Of a DNA stretch of 64,000 bases, positions 40,861 to 50,036 are shown piece by piece. The DNA lies in IMG/VR virus record IMGVR_UViG_2767802067_000002, positions 47,332 to 111,331 of that record; one strand, given 5' to 3'. The DNA comes from a virus (taxonomy: Duplodnaviria > Caudoviricetes). A program made the translations under genes and the position numbers. Under the pieces are notes generated by a model. It was not told the origin of the DNA, did not search any database, and saw only the letters and a program-made list of their open reading frames with translations. How positions within the stretch are numbered: position 1 is the first letter of the stretch; each line of letters begins with the position of its first letter.

Positions 40861-41451
40861 TCATTTGAGGGGGTTCCAGCCGGGTGGCGGGGGCGGGGTG
40901 CTGGTCTGGGCGACGACCATCAGGGCGTGCGGGCCGACCGGCGGGCCGTCGCCGTGCGGGCCGGTGCCCCAGGTGTTCGTCGCGATGGTGCGGCAGTGGA
41001 GCAGCAGGCGGTCCGGGTTGGGGACCAGCTCCACTTCGTGGGTGAGGCCGGGGAAGAGGAGGTGCGTCCACGCGCCCCGGGTGGTGGAGGGCAGCCACAT
41101 CTCGGCGGCGATGAGGCGGACCGCGGGCGGGATGCCGGGGGCGGTGTCGGTGACGCAGGCCGCGAGGAGGCGGGTGCCGTCGGCGGTGGGGAGCGGGATG
41201 CGCAGCGCGGTCATGCGCTGGCCGGCGAGCGGGCGGCCGAGCTGGTCGTAGCTGCCGGAGAGGTGCGCGGCGTCCGGGGGGACGGACCGGCCGCGGATCG
41301 TCCACGGGTCGCTGCCCGGCGTGGAGAACGGCTCCCTGGGCGGCGCGTGGAAGGTGAAGGCGGGCGGGGCGTCGGGCTGGAGGACGGTCAGGCGCAGGGC
41401 GTCCGGCCGGAAGTGGAGCGGCGTCTCCTCCTCGTCGGTGGGGTGGGTCAT
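40861..41451 (-). CDS. hypothetical protein (196 aa), paralog of the middle domain of 41448-42983
   Basis: RPxAxRxTVL...PFxTPxxDPW...DGxRLL...ExWxP...GxWxH. Confidence 0.72.
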   Translation of the reverse strand: MTHPTDEEETPLHFRPDALRLTVLQPDAPPAFTFHAPPREPFSTPGSDPWTIRGRSVPPDAAHLSGSYDQLGRPLAGQRMTALRIPLPTADGTRLLAACVTDTAPGIPPAVRLIAAEMWLPSTTRGAWTHLLFPGLTHEVELVPNPDRLLLHCRTIATNTWGTGPHGDGPPVGPHALMVVAQTSTPPPPPGWNPLK

Positions 41452-42983
41452 TCGAACCCTCCTGTGGTGTCGCAGGCCGACGGGCCGGCGTCGTGGGCGG
41501 GTGCCGGGTCGCACGCGGGCGGGACGGCCTCGGTGGGCCCGGCGATCAGGTCGACGGGGATCTCCAAGGCGGCGGCAAACGCGGCGGCGAGCTGTCGGCG
41601 GCGGGTCTCGTCCTCGAGTCCGCTGGTGTTGATCACGATGTCCGGACACTGTCCGCCGCCGTGTCCGCCGGTGTCCGGACACCGGTTGTCCGCCGTGTCC
41701 GGGCGGCAGGTGTCCGGGCAGTCCGGGCCCGCGTCCGGACACGGTTGTCCGGGCGGTGTCCGGGCGGTGTCCGCCCTGGTCGGGAACGTGCAGCCGGTCC
41801 CGCCCTCGCCGATCACGGGCAGGCTGCGGACATGTCCGCCGGTGGCGTGTCCGGTGTCCGGGCGGGTGTCCGTGGCCGACGGGATCGCGGCCGCCACGGT
41901 GGTCAGCGGCCCCGTGCGGGGGCCGACCGGTGCCGAGCACTGGAACCGCATCAGGTCGTCGTCGATCTCCGGTCCGGACGGGCCGGAGAGCCCGCCGAAC
42001 GTCGCGTGGACCCACTCGCCGGGCAGCTCGGCGGGAGCCCAGAGCTCCACGCTGACCATCCGCATCTTCGGCGGGTAGTCGGCGCCGGGGACGGTGCACA
42101 TGTCCAGCAGGCGCAGGCCGTCGTCGACCGGGAGGGCGATGTCGAGGACCACCGTCATGTCGCCGGCCGTCGGTGCGGGCCGGGTGAAGGCGTCGGCCGG
42201 GGCCCGGGTGACGACACGGCCCGCGGTCGCCCACGGGTCGGTCTCCGGCGTGGTGAACGGGTCGGGCTCCGGGAGGTGGACGACGAGGGCGGTCGTCGGC
42301 GAGCCGTCGGTGCCGAGGACGGTCACCCGGACAGCGGTCGGCCGGTGTCGGAACGGGAGCCGGAGCGCTCCGTTGTCCCGGCGCTGCGTCCGGACGGTGT
42401 CCGCCCTGGTCGCGGGCAGGGCGCGGGCGTGTCCGCCGGGGGCGTGTCCGGCTGTCCGGACGCTGTCCGCCGCCGTGTCCGGACGCGGCGGCTTCGCGTA
42501 CGAGGACTGGTAGCCGAGGGCGACGAGCGCGGCGTCGACGGCGTGCCAGATCAGGCTGTTGCGGGCGACGCCGTGAACGGCGCCGGAGGCGTCGCGGGGC
42601 AGCGTGCCGATCATGGCGAAGACCGCGTCCCACGCCGGCTGGCGCGGGTCCTGGCCGCGCGCGGAGATCGTGGCGGCGCTCGGGCCGGTGCGGCGGACGG
42701 GCTCGACGGCCTGGGCGAGGACGTCGAGCGCGGCTTCGGCTTCCCGGCGCCTGCGGGACGGGACGCCGGTGTCGCAGCACGCCTCCCGGCCCCAGGCGAA
42801 CCGATCGGGGTCGAGGCGGGCGCCGTGGTAGCGGCAGGCGGCGGGCAGGTCGCCGAGGGCCTGGCGCAGCAGCGGCATGGCGTGCCGGGTGCAGGCCGCC
42901 GCCGCCTCGGCGGATTCCAGCCGGTCGTAGAGCTCGTCGAGCTGGTCGCTGGTGAGGTCGTCGAGCGGGATGCGGCCGGTCAT
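41448..42983 (-). CDS. hypothetical multi-domain protein (511 aa)
   Basis: MTGRIPLDDLTSDQLDELYD start; ATGA coupling. Confidence 0.7.
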   Translation of the reverse strand: MTGRIPLDDLTSDQLDELYDRLESAEAAAACTRHAMPLLRQALGDLPAACRYHGARLDPDRFAWGREACCDTGVPSRRRREAEAALDVLAQAVEPVRRTGPSAATISARGQDPRQPAWDAVFAMIGTLPRDASGAVHGVARNSLIWHAVDAALVALGYQSSYAKPPRPDTAADSVRTAGHAPGGHARALPATRADTVRTQRRDNGALRLPFRHRPTAVRVTVLGTDGSPTTALVVHLPEPDPFTTPETDPWATAGRVVTRAPADAFTRPAPTAGDMTVVLDIALPVDDGLRLLDMCTVPGADYPPKMRMVSVELWAPAELPGEWVHATFGGLSGPSGPEIDDDLMRFQCSAPVGPRTGPLTTVAAAIPSATDTRPDTGHATGGHVRSLPVIGEGGTGCTFPTRADTARTPPGQPCPDAGPDCPDTCRPDTADNRCPDTGGHGGGQCPDIVINTSGLEDETRRRQLAAAFAAALEIPVDLIAGPTEAVPPACDPAPAHDAGPSACDTTGGFE

Positions 42984-43615
42984 GCGGTCGCCGCCGGGCG
43001 GAGGTGGACGATGGCGTGCGCCAGGAGGACGTCGGCGGTGTCGGCGAGGGTGCTCCGGCCTTCCACGTACATGTCCGGCAGGACCACGCCCAGGATCTTG
43101 GCGACGTCCTCGCGGGTGGCCCGGGTCGGCCAGCCTCCGGCCGGGGGCTCGCTGTCCCACCGCGGGTAGATGTCGGCCTGGGCGATGAGCCGGCCCGCGA
43201 GGTCCCGGTGGTGGGCCGGGTCCAGGCGGTCCGCCTCCGGGCAGCGCTCCAGCATGGCGAGGACGTCCTCCTCGATGGCCGGGGGCCGCTCGATCGCGGG
43301 CGTGATGAGCAGCGGCACCGGGATGGCGTCCGGGTGGGCGAGGAGCTGGGCGACCTGGTCGGCGGGGTCGGCCAGGGCCTCGTCCCAGCGGTAGTCGCAG
43401 CGGGAGCAGCAGCGCTCCAGGCGTTCGGGCAGGGGGCCGCGCTGGTCGGTGCGGCCGTTGAACTCGGAGCGCTGCCGGGGCAGGGGCGGCCGGTAGTAGG
43501 TCAGGGCTCCGGCCCAGCGGCACTTCGGGCAGGGCGGCTCGTCGCCGCTGAACGGCGGCAGCGGCACGGCGGCCTGGTCGGCGCGGTCCGGCGCGGTGAG
43601 GAGGATCTGTTCCAC
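42980..43615 (-). CDS. Zn-ribbon protein (211 aa)
   Basis: CPKC...LERCCSRCDYRW. Confidence 0.75.
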   Translation of the reverse strand: MEQILLTAPDRADQAAVPLPPFSGDEPPCPKCRWAGALTYYRPPLPRQRSEFNGRTDQRGPLPERLERCCSRCDYRWDEALADPADQVAQLLAHPDAIPVPLLITPAIERPPAIEEDVLAMLERCPEADRLDPAHHRDLAGRLIAQADIYPRWDSEPPAGGWPTRATREDVAKILGVVLPDMYVEGRSTLADTADVLLAHAIVHLRPAATA

Positions 43616-43669
43616 GGGGTTCTCCTTGCGGGGTGGGCCCGGCCGCGGTGCGCGGCCGGGCTCGGGTGG

Positions 43670-43894
43670 TCAGTTGTCGGTGAGGGTGACGCCGTTGCGG
43701 GCGAACGCCCGGACCACGGCGGGGTGGTCGGCGAAGTGGGCCAGCGAGTCGTACTCGGTGTCCCAGTCCTCTTCGCGCAGCACGCCGATCACCTGGGCGA
43801 GGACGTCCTCCGTGCGCTTGGGCTCGGCGCCGGTGTCCACCAGGAGCCGGGCGATCGGGTCGAAGAGCTTGGGTCCGGCGGAGCTCCATCCCAT
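43670..43894 (-). CDS. hypothetical protein (74 aa)
   Basis: MGWSSAG...EEDWDT; GGAGG RBS. Confidence 0.75.
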   Translation of the reverse strand: MGWSSAGPKLFDPIARLLVDTGAEPKRTEDVLAQVIGVLREEDWDTEYDSLAHFADHPAVVRAFARNGVTLTDN

Positions 43895-43897
43895 GGG

Positions 43898-44239
43898 TCA
43901 GCCCTCCATGGGGGTGTGGACGGACTCCCGCAGGTGGCGGGCGGCGAACTGGACGGCGTCGCGGACCTCGCGGCTGGTCCACTCCTCGGGGCCGACCTTC
44001 CCCTCGCGCATCGCCTGGGCGACCTCGTCCATGTGGTCGGCGTTGGCCGGGGTGACGTACCGCCAGATCGCGGCGGCGGCGGCGCCCCAGGCGCGCTGGA
44101 TGGCCTCGGGGAGGTCGCCCCAGGCGGGCATCGGGTCGCCGAGGAAGTTCCGGCCGCCGGTGGCGTTGCCGTAGGCGGCGTAGGCGAGCGCGGCGGCCGT
44201 CGCGAGGTCGGCGGGGACGGGCTGGGCGGTGTCGGTCAC
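43898..44239 (-). CDS. hypothetical protein (113 aa)
   Basis: AYAAYG...MPAWGDLPEAIQRAW. Confidence 0.75.
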   Translation of the reverse strand: MTDTAQPVPADLATAAALAYAAYGNATGGRNFLGDPMPAWGDLPEAIQRAWGAAAAAIWRYVTPANADHMDEVAQAMREGKVGPEEWTSREVRDAVQFAARHLRESVHTPMEG

Positions 44240-44242
44240 GGG

Positions 44243-44806
44243 TCAGTTCTCCTTGAGGGCGGTGTCGATGGCGTGGCGGGCGTCCCACTGGGCGTCTTCC
44301 ATGCCGCGGGTGTACTGGTAGTTGCCGGGGTCGAGCTGCCGGTGGCGGGCGTCCCGCTCGTCCTCGGTCTCGCCGGGGTGCTGGTCGAGGGCGCGCACGG
44401 CGGCGACGGCGGCCCGCAGGCGGGCGTTCTCGGCTTCCGCGGTGGCGGCGCGGCGGGCCTGGTGCCCGACGTTGTCCCGGGTGGTCAGGGCGCGGCGCTT
44501 CCACCGGGCGGCCTGCTTGAGGACCGCGGTGATCTCGCGGCGGTGGCGGTGGTAGGTGTCCAGCAGCCGGCCGTTGTGGCGCAGGAGGCGTTCGGTGCGG
44601 CCGTCGGGGTCCGGGTTCTGGCGGTCGGTGAGGTAGCCGTCGCGGTCGAGGGCGGCGAGGGCGTAGTGGAGCAGGTCGCGCAGGTCCGGGATGCCGTCGG
44701 TGGCGTCGAGGGCGTCGGCGGCGCCGGTCACGGCGGAGTCGAGGGCGCCGTCGGGCAGCTCCGGCAGGGGCGGTGCGGCGTGGTCGAGGGTGCTGGGGCG
44801 GGTCAT
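44243..44806 (-). CDS. hypothetical coiled-coil protein (187 aa)
   Basis: ATGA coupling; AAGGAG RBS. Confidence 0.7.
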   Translation of the reverse strand: MTRPSTLDHAAPPLPELPDGALDSAVTGAADALDATDGIPDLRDLLHYALAALDRDGYLTDRQNPDPDGRTERLLRHNGRLLDTYHRHRREITAVLKQAARWKRRALTTRDNVGHQARRAATAEAENARLRAAVAAVRALDQHPGETEDERDARHRQLDPGNYQYTRGMEDAQWDARHAIDTALKEN

Positions 44807-45108
44807 CCGGAGTTCTCCTTGGCGGTCATGACCGGGCAGTCGTGGTCGTGGAGGGTGCCGCAGCTGGTCCACCAGCGCTCGCAGGCGCAGGAGCGGGCCA
44901 TGAGGGAGGCCACCAGCAGGTCGAGGTTCAGCTGTTCGGGGATGCGGGGGCGGCGTCCGTTGGTGGCCATGCGCGGCTTCGGGCGGGCGGGCGGCCGTTG
45001 GGGGATGGCGTACCGGCCGAGGGCGAAGAACAGCCAGCCGGCGGCGCGGTGCGCGGCGGCGAGCAGGAGTCGGGGAAGGGCCGCTGCGGCGCGGGTGAGG
45101 GCGTTCAC
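44803..45108 (-). CDS. hypothetical protein (101 aa)
   Basis: GTGA coupling; SCACERWWTSCGTLHDHDC. Confidence 0.65.
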   Translation of the reverse strand: MNALTRAAAALPRLLLAAAHRAAGWLFFALGRYAIPQRPPARPKPRMATNGRRPRIPEQLNLDLLVASLMARSCACERWWTSCGTLHDHDCPVMTAKENSG

Positions 45109-45533
45109 GGGGCGACGGCCGCGGCCAGGCCGTTGCGGGCGGCGGCCTCGTGGATGAGGCGGGCCAGGTTCAGCGTGTGGACGTTCTCCCGGGCGGCGAG
45201 CCAGTCGCGGCGGCGGGTCTCGTCGTGGGGGAAGGTCGCGGCGACGCCGGCGACGGCCGCCTGGTAGGCGTTCAGCTCGTCGTCGAGCATCGCGGCGACC
45301 GCGAGGCCGAAGTCCGGGTTGGCGAGGGCGAGGTAGGGCAGGTCGACGTCCTCGCCCGGCTGGTCGGCGGAGCGGTCGGCGACGATGTTGCCGTTCTCGG
45401 CGTACAGGACGTCGCCCTGGTCGGCGGGCCCGGTGCGGTCGATGGCCCACGGGGTCGGCGCGGGCACCTTCGCGGCGCGTGCGGCGGCGCGGAGCAGGTC
45501 GGCGGCGGAGGCGATGCTGTCGGCGTAGTCCAC
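45105..45533 (-). CDS. hypothetical protein (142 aa)
   Basis: GTG with GAAGGG RBS; TPW...YLALANP motif. Confidence 0.7.
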   Translation of the reverse strand: MDYADSIASAADLLRAAARAAKVPAPTPWAIDRTGPADQGDVLYAENGNIVADRSADQPGEDVDLPYLALANPDFGLAVAAMLDDELNAYQAAVAGVAATFPHDETRRRDWLAARENVHTLNLARLIHEAAARNGLAAAVAP

Positions 45534-45593
45534 GGTGTGGTTCCCTTCGTGCGGGGCGGCCACCGCCCGGTGCGGGCGGTGGCCGCATGGGGG

Positions 45594-46286
45594 TCAGGAC
45601 GGGTCGGCGGCCGGGGCGGGCTCGGTGCCGGGGGTGAGGGCTTCGCGGCAGGCGCGGCACAGCGGGTGCTTGGCGTCGTGCTCGGCGGAGATCGGGCCGG
45701 TGGCCGGCACGCGGCAGACAGTGAGGCCGTCGTCCTCCAGGACGTGCTTGGTCTGGGGGAAGGCGGCGGTGGCGTCGTGGACACGCATCCGCTCGGGGGC
45801 GGGCTCGGGCAGGTACGCGAGGACCACGAGCGGCCTCTCGCCGGAGCCGTCGCAGCGGCGGCCGTACAGGTCCGGGCGGTGGACGGGGAGCCGGCCGCGC
45901 TTCGTCAGGTGAAATCCCTGGGTCGGGCCCATCGGGCAGCGGTCCCCCTCGGGGCAGACCCCGAGGCCGACGAACGCCGGGTAGTCGGTGAACCCGGCCT
46001 CCATCATCGTGCGGATCCTGGCCCGCTCGATCTCGCCGCGGTCCGGCCCAGGCAGGGGCGGGAACTGGAGGACGGGGGTGCCGTAGGCGGCCAGCCGCTC
46101 GCGGGCCTCGGCTAGGAGCGTGGTCAGCAGGTCCACCTCGGCGAGGAGCTTGACGGCGTGGACGTCGGCGACGCGCATCCCGGCGGCGAACCGCTCCCCA
46201 CCGGCGGGGACGCCGGTCCACTTCCCGGAGACCGCGAGTTCCACGTCGGCGCGGATCGCGGCCAGTTCTTCGGCGGTGAGTCCCAT
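45594..46286 (-). CDS. hypothetical protein (230 aa), Cys/His motifs
   Basis: TGATG coupling. Confidence 0.72.
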   Translation of the reverse strand: MGLTAEELAAIRADVELAVSGKWTGVPAGGERFAAGMRVADVHAVKLLAEVDLLTTLLAEARERLAAYGTPVLQFPPLPGPDRGEIERARIRTMMEAGFTDYPAFVGLGVCPEGDRCPMGPTQGFHLTKRGRLPVHRPDLYGRRCDGSGERPLVVLAYLPEPAPERMRVHDATAAFPQTKHVLEDDGLTVCRVPATGPISAEHDAKHPLCRACREALTPGTEPAPAADPS

Positions 46287-46489
46287 CAGCTCTCACCTCG
46301 GGCGGCGGCAGTGGTGACGTCGACCAGGGCGGCGACGAACGCCTGCAGTCCGGTGGCGGGGATCACGATGCCCGCCGGGGTGGTTGTGACGCGGACACCG
46401 GGGCCCATGCCGGTGTCCGGGACGGGGGCGAGGCCGATGGTGCCCCCGTCGGGGCCGGTGCAGGACCAGTCCGGGACGAGGCCGCTCAC
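46286..46489 (-). CDS. hypothetical protein (67 aa)
   Basis: GTGA coupling; resembles the repeats of 46486-46992. Confidence 0.62.
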   Translation of the reverse strand: MSGLVPDWSCTGPDGGTIGLAPVPDTGMGPGVRVTTTPAGIVIPATGLQAFVAALVDVTTAAARGES

Positions 46490-46992
46490 CGGGCACCGCC
46501 CTGGTGCTGCTCGGCGGCGCGGGCGGTGGTGAGGAGCCAGCCGGTGACGAGGGGCAGGGCCGCGAGCGGGATCGAGCAGCCCGCGGGGCTCGTGACGACG
46601 TGGACGGCCGGGGTGCCGTCCGGGAGCGCGGACCACTTCATGCGGACGACGTCCTTGTCCGCGTCCACGTAGTGGTACCCGGTGAGCTTGCTGTACGGGC
46701 CGGGCTCCGGCTCGCCGATCTCCACCGGTCCGTGCTCGTCGGCGCCGGTGGCGCTCTGGCCGACGGTGCGCAGCTCGCGGACGAACCAGCCCGCGGCTTC
46801 GGCGGGGATCAGGCAGCCGGCCTTGCGGGTGACGATGTGGATGCCGGGGCCGAGGGCGGGGATCACGGCGGTGAACACCGCCAGCTTGTCGCCGTTGGCG
46901 TCGGTGTAGGCGTAGGCGGGCCCGCCGGTTCGGGGCGGGATGACGGCGATCAGTTCGGTGGTGCGGCCTTCGCCGTCGGTGACGCGGATCAT
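46486..46992 (-). CDS. hypothetical protein with two internal repeats (168 aa)
   Basis: YxDAxxD...PxxHxVT..AGCxIP occurs twice. Confidence 0.72.
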   Translation of the reverse strand: MIRVTDGEGRTTELIAVIPPRTGGPAYAYTDANGDKLAVFTAVIPALGPGIHIVTRKAGCLIPAEAAGWFVRELRTVGQSATGADEHGPVEIGEPEPGPYSKLTGYHYVDADKDVVRMKWSALPDGTPAVHVVTSPAGCSIPLAALPLVTGWLLTTARAAEQHQGGAR

Positions 46993-47063
46993 GCGGTGCT
47001 CCGGGGTCGTGTGGTTGGCTGGGCGGGCGCCCGCCCCGGTTCGGTCGGGGCGGGCTGCCTCGT

Positions 47064-47903
47064 TCACGGGGTGGCGGGCTGGACGAGGAAGACGCGGTCG
47101 TGGCTGATCCAGACCTCGTCGCCCGGGCCGGGGCGCAGGCTGCCCGCGCTACCGGTGGTGCAGCGGACCTTCACCCGGTCCTTGCCGAGCTTGATGACGG
47201 GGCCGAGGATCGTGGCCTGGTAGCGGCCGGACGTGGTCCCGCCGACGGTGTCGCCCTCGTATCCGGTGCGGCCCGCGGCGTCCCGGAAGGACGGCCGGGG
47301 CGCGGGCTCCGAGGTGACGGGGAGCCGGTGCATGTGTTCCTTGCAGTCGGCGCAGCGGCGGCTCTGCCAGCGCTGCCCGTCTTCCTCGTACTCGGAGGTG
47401 ATCTCCCACGACTCGTGGGGGCACGGGAGCTCCGCGCCGATCTCCTTGGCGTACTGGGCGAGGAGGGCGGCGGCCCACTCGCGGGCGTCCTCCGGGTGCG
47501 CGCCGGTCTCCTCGTAGAGGTCGACGAGGCGCTGCACCGCGGTACGGTCCGCGGCCTGCTCCTCGGGGTCCTCGTAGTGCGCCTCGACGGGCCGCCACGC
47601 GGTGACGACGATCGGGACCTCCTCGACCTCGACGGCGGTGACGGTGTCGCCGGTCCAGCCGTGGTTCTCCGGTGCGCCGCCGCCGACCTCGAAGTCCCCG
47701 AGGTCCAGCTCGGCCTCGTAGGTGACGGTGTAGGTCCGGTTGTCGCCGTCGGCGTCGCGGAACACCACGGCGCGCTCCTGGCTGTACTTGAGCGTGTAGA
47801 GCTTCTGGTCGTCGAGGATGACGTCGCCGTCGATGTCGTCCGGGCTGCCGGGCGGGACGCCGAGGGCGCCGAGCTCGGCGTGGGTGAACTCTCGGGTGAT
47901 CAC
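47064..47903 (-). CDS. hypothetical multi-domain protein (279 aa)
   Basis: GTGA coupling; GAGGA RBS. Confidence 0.72.
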   Translation of the reverse strand: MITREFTHAELGALGVPPGSPDDIDGDVILDDQKLYTLKYSQERAVVFRDADGDNRTYTVTYEAELDLGDFEVGGGAPENHGWTGDTVTAVEVEEVPIVVTAWRPVEAHYEDPEEQAADRTAVQRLVDLYEETGAHPEDAREWAAALLAQYAKEIGAELPCPHESWEITSEYEEDGQRWQSRRCADCKEHMHRLPVTSEPAPRPSFRDAAGRTGYEGDTVGGTTSGRYQATILGPVIKLGKDRVKVRCTTGSAGSLRPGPGDEVWISHDRVFLVQPATP

Positions 47904-48118
47904 GGTTGGTTGTCCTCTCGGTCGGGGTGCTGCTCGGGCTGGCAGGGCGGCGTCTTGTCGCCCTGGAGGGTGTTCCAGGACTGCTCGCCGCGGGTCCACT
48001 CGGTCCACCACTGGCGGCCGTAGGGGTTCGGGCGGCGGATGGCCAGCAAGTCGCAGGCACCGCAACGCTTGCGGTGGCTGCCGACCTCGGCCCAGCGGTG
48101 GCGGGTCGCGGCGGTCAC
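47900..48118 (-). CDS. small Cys-containing protein (72 aa)
   Basis: HRW...CGACDL...TPPC; GTGA coupling. Confidence 0.65.
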   Translation of the reverse strand: MTAATRHRWAEVGSHRKRCGACDLLAIRRPNPYGRQWWTEWTRGEQSWNTLQGDKTPPCQPEQHPDREDNQP

Positions 48119-48507
48119 CGGCCGGCCGCCGGGGAGGTGCAACCACGTCCGGTCTTCTGGCAGGTGCGGGCGGCGAGCAGGACGTCGCCGGCGGCCACCC
48201 ACTCCTGGTAGCGGGCCTCGTCGGAGGGGCGCCGCTCGTCCTCGTCGATCGCCTCCAGCCGGCGGAGGGCTTCGCCGCCGATCAGGTCGGCGCCCTCGGC
48301 GAGGATCGCGTCGCGGAACGCGACGTCCTCCGGGCGTTCGGGGGCGGTGACGGTCGGGGCGGGCGGTGCGGTGGGCTCGGGCCAGCCGAGGACGTCGCGG
48401 ATCTCGTACGCCGAGTAGCGCTGCTCGGAGACGAGGCGGCCGTTCTCCCAGGTCTGGCCGGCGGCGAGGAGCGCGGCGAGGGCGTTCAGCCGGTTTTCGG
48501 TGGTCAT
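48115..48507 (-). CDS. hypothetical protein (130 aa)
   Basis: AAGGGAG RBS. Confidence 0.7.
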   Translation of the reverse strand: MTTENRLNALAALLAAGQTWENGRLVSEQRYSAYEIRDVLGWPEPTAPPAPTVTAPERPEDVAFRDAILAEGADLIGGEALRRLEAIDEDERRPSDEARYQEWVAAGDVLLAARTCQKTGRGCTSPAAGR

Positions 48508-48532
48508 CTTCGTGGTCTCCCTTGGTGGTTGG

Positions 48533-49426
48533 TCAGGCCGCCGCGTGGCGGCCTCGGGTCCGCCGGAGCCCTTCGGCGTCTCGGCGGCAGATCGCGCAGT
48601 TCGCGGAGCCGTCCGGCTGGAGGCGGAGCGCGGCGCCGAGGACGTGCCCGCGGGTGCAGGTGTCGCGGACCTCGCCCTTGCCGAGGAGGTAGCGGACCTG
48701 GAGGCGGACCTCGGTGCGCCCGGCGGCGTCGTCGAGGTGATCGGGGGTCAGGCACCCGCGGTAGCCGCACTCGGGCAGGACGCTGCCGACCGGGGCCCGG
48801 CCGTTGGCCCACTCGAAGCCGAGGCGTGCGGGGGAGGTGCAGCGGCCCCGGATCCTGAGCGTCGGGGAGCCGCCGGGCCGGTAGCGCGGGCCGTTCCACT
48901 CCATGTGGCCGCCGTCGACGAGGACCAGGTGCTCGGCCCAGCGCTCGGTGACCGACCTGGTCTTGCGGGGCTGCTTGAACTGAATGCCCGTCGCGACGCG
49001 GATCCGGCTGACGACGGTCTTGTCCACGCCGAGCTCGGCGGCGATCTGGATGTTCGTCGCGCGGCCGAGGCGGGCCACGATCGCGTCGTGCTTGCGGTGC
49101 CGGCGGGTGCGGTCGGGCAGGATCGTCGCCGGCCCGAACTTGCCGAGGCGGCGGTAGCGGCGGACGGTGTCCGTGGCGGCGCCGGTGCGCCGGTGGATCT
49201 CCGCGTTGGTGTAGCCCTCATCGAGGAGCAGCCGGATCAGCCGTCCCTGCGGGTGGTCGATCCGGCCCCGGTACTCGGCTTGCGAGACGTCCGGGATGCC
49301 GTGGGCACGGCGGATCCGGCCGACCCGGGCACGCCCGGCGCCGGTACGGCGGGCGATCTCGGCGTTGGTCAGCCCCTGGCCGATCAGCGTCAGGATGTCG
49401 GCCTCGGGGACGTCTACGGTGCTCAA
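48533..49426 (-). CDS. triple-HTH protein with a degenerate HNH-like/Zn domain
   Basis: TNxxIxxxxG HTH three times; GHMEWNG...ECGYRGCLTPDHL; CTRGH...CAIC. Confidence 0.72.
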   Translation of the reverse strand: MSTVDVPEADILTLIGQGLTNAEIARRTGAGRARVGRIRRAHGIPDVSQAEYRGRIDHPQGRLIRLLLDEGYTNAEIHRRTGAATDTVRRYRRLGKFGPATILPDRTRRHRKHDAIVARLGRATNIQIAAELGVDKTVVSRIRVATGIQFKQPRKTRSVTERWAEHLVLVDGGHMEWNGPRYRPGGSPTLRIRGRCTSPARLGFEWANGRAPVGSVLPECGYRGCLTPDHLDDAAGRTEVRLQVRYLLGKGEVRDTCTRGHVLGAALRLQPDGSANCAICRRDAEGLRRTRGRHAAA

Positions 49427-49546
49427 CTGCGGTTTCCTCCTCTGCGGGGCTGGTCGTTGATCGGCTCGTGTGGGGTGCCGGTGGGGCTCTCGCGGCCCCG
49501 ACGCCCGGGGCGGCCCCCGGGCGTCGGACCGGAGGCTGACGGGTCG

Positions 49547-49978
49547 TCATACGGCCTCCCGCGGGGGCCCGGTGTCCTCGCCGGCCGGGCGCACCGACGG
49601 GTGCCGGGTCCGGTTGGCGAGCGCCCGGGCCAGGGCGCGCGCGCCGTACCGCTCGGCGGCGGCCTGCTCGCCGTGCTCGTCGACCAGGGCGAGGACCATC
49701 TCGGTGGTGACGCCCTCCGGGGTCGGCGGGGCCGGGCGGCGGGCGGCTGCTCCGCACAGCAGGCAGTTGCTCGGCGCGGTCGGGTCGACCGGGCCGGCCG
49801 GGTGCCGGGCGCAGCTGTTCGTCCGGGCGGCGCCGCGCACGACGGCGACCAGGCCCCGGCAGCGGTCCAGCTTCTCGGCGATCTCACCGAGGGTGCCGTC
49901 GGTCAGCTCGTGCTGGTCCGGGATCGCGCCCAGCTCCCGCAGGGCTGCGGCCAGTGCCGGGATGTGGTCGGGGTTCAT
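49547..49978 (-). CDS. hypothetical protein (143 aa)
   Basis: CARHP...CLLCG; AAGGAG RBS. Confidence 0.72.
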   Translation of the reverse strand: MNPDHIPALAAALRELGAIPDQHELTDGTLGEIAEKLDRCRGLVAVVRGAARTNSCARHPAGPVDPTAPSNCLLCGAAARRPAPPTPEGVTTEMVLALVDEHGEQAAAERYGARALARALANRTRHPSVRPAGEDTGPPREAV

Positions 49979-50036
49979 GGCCTCGCTCCTTCGTACGGGT
50001 CGGTCGTCGAACGGGTCGTCAGGGGCGGTGCGGGGG

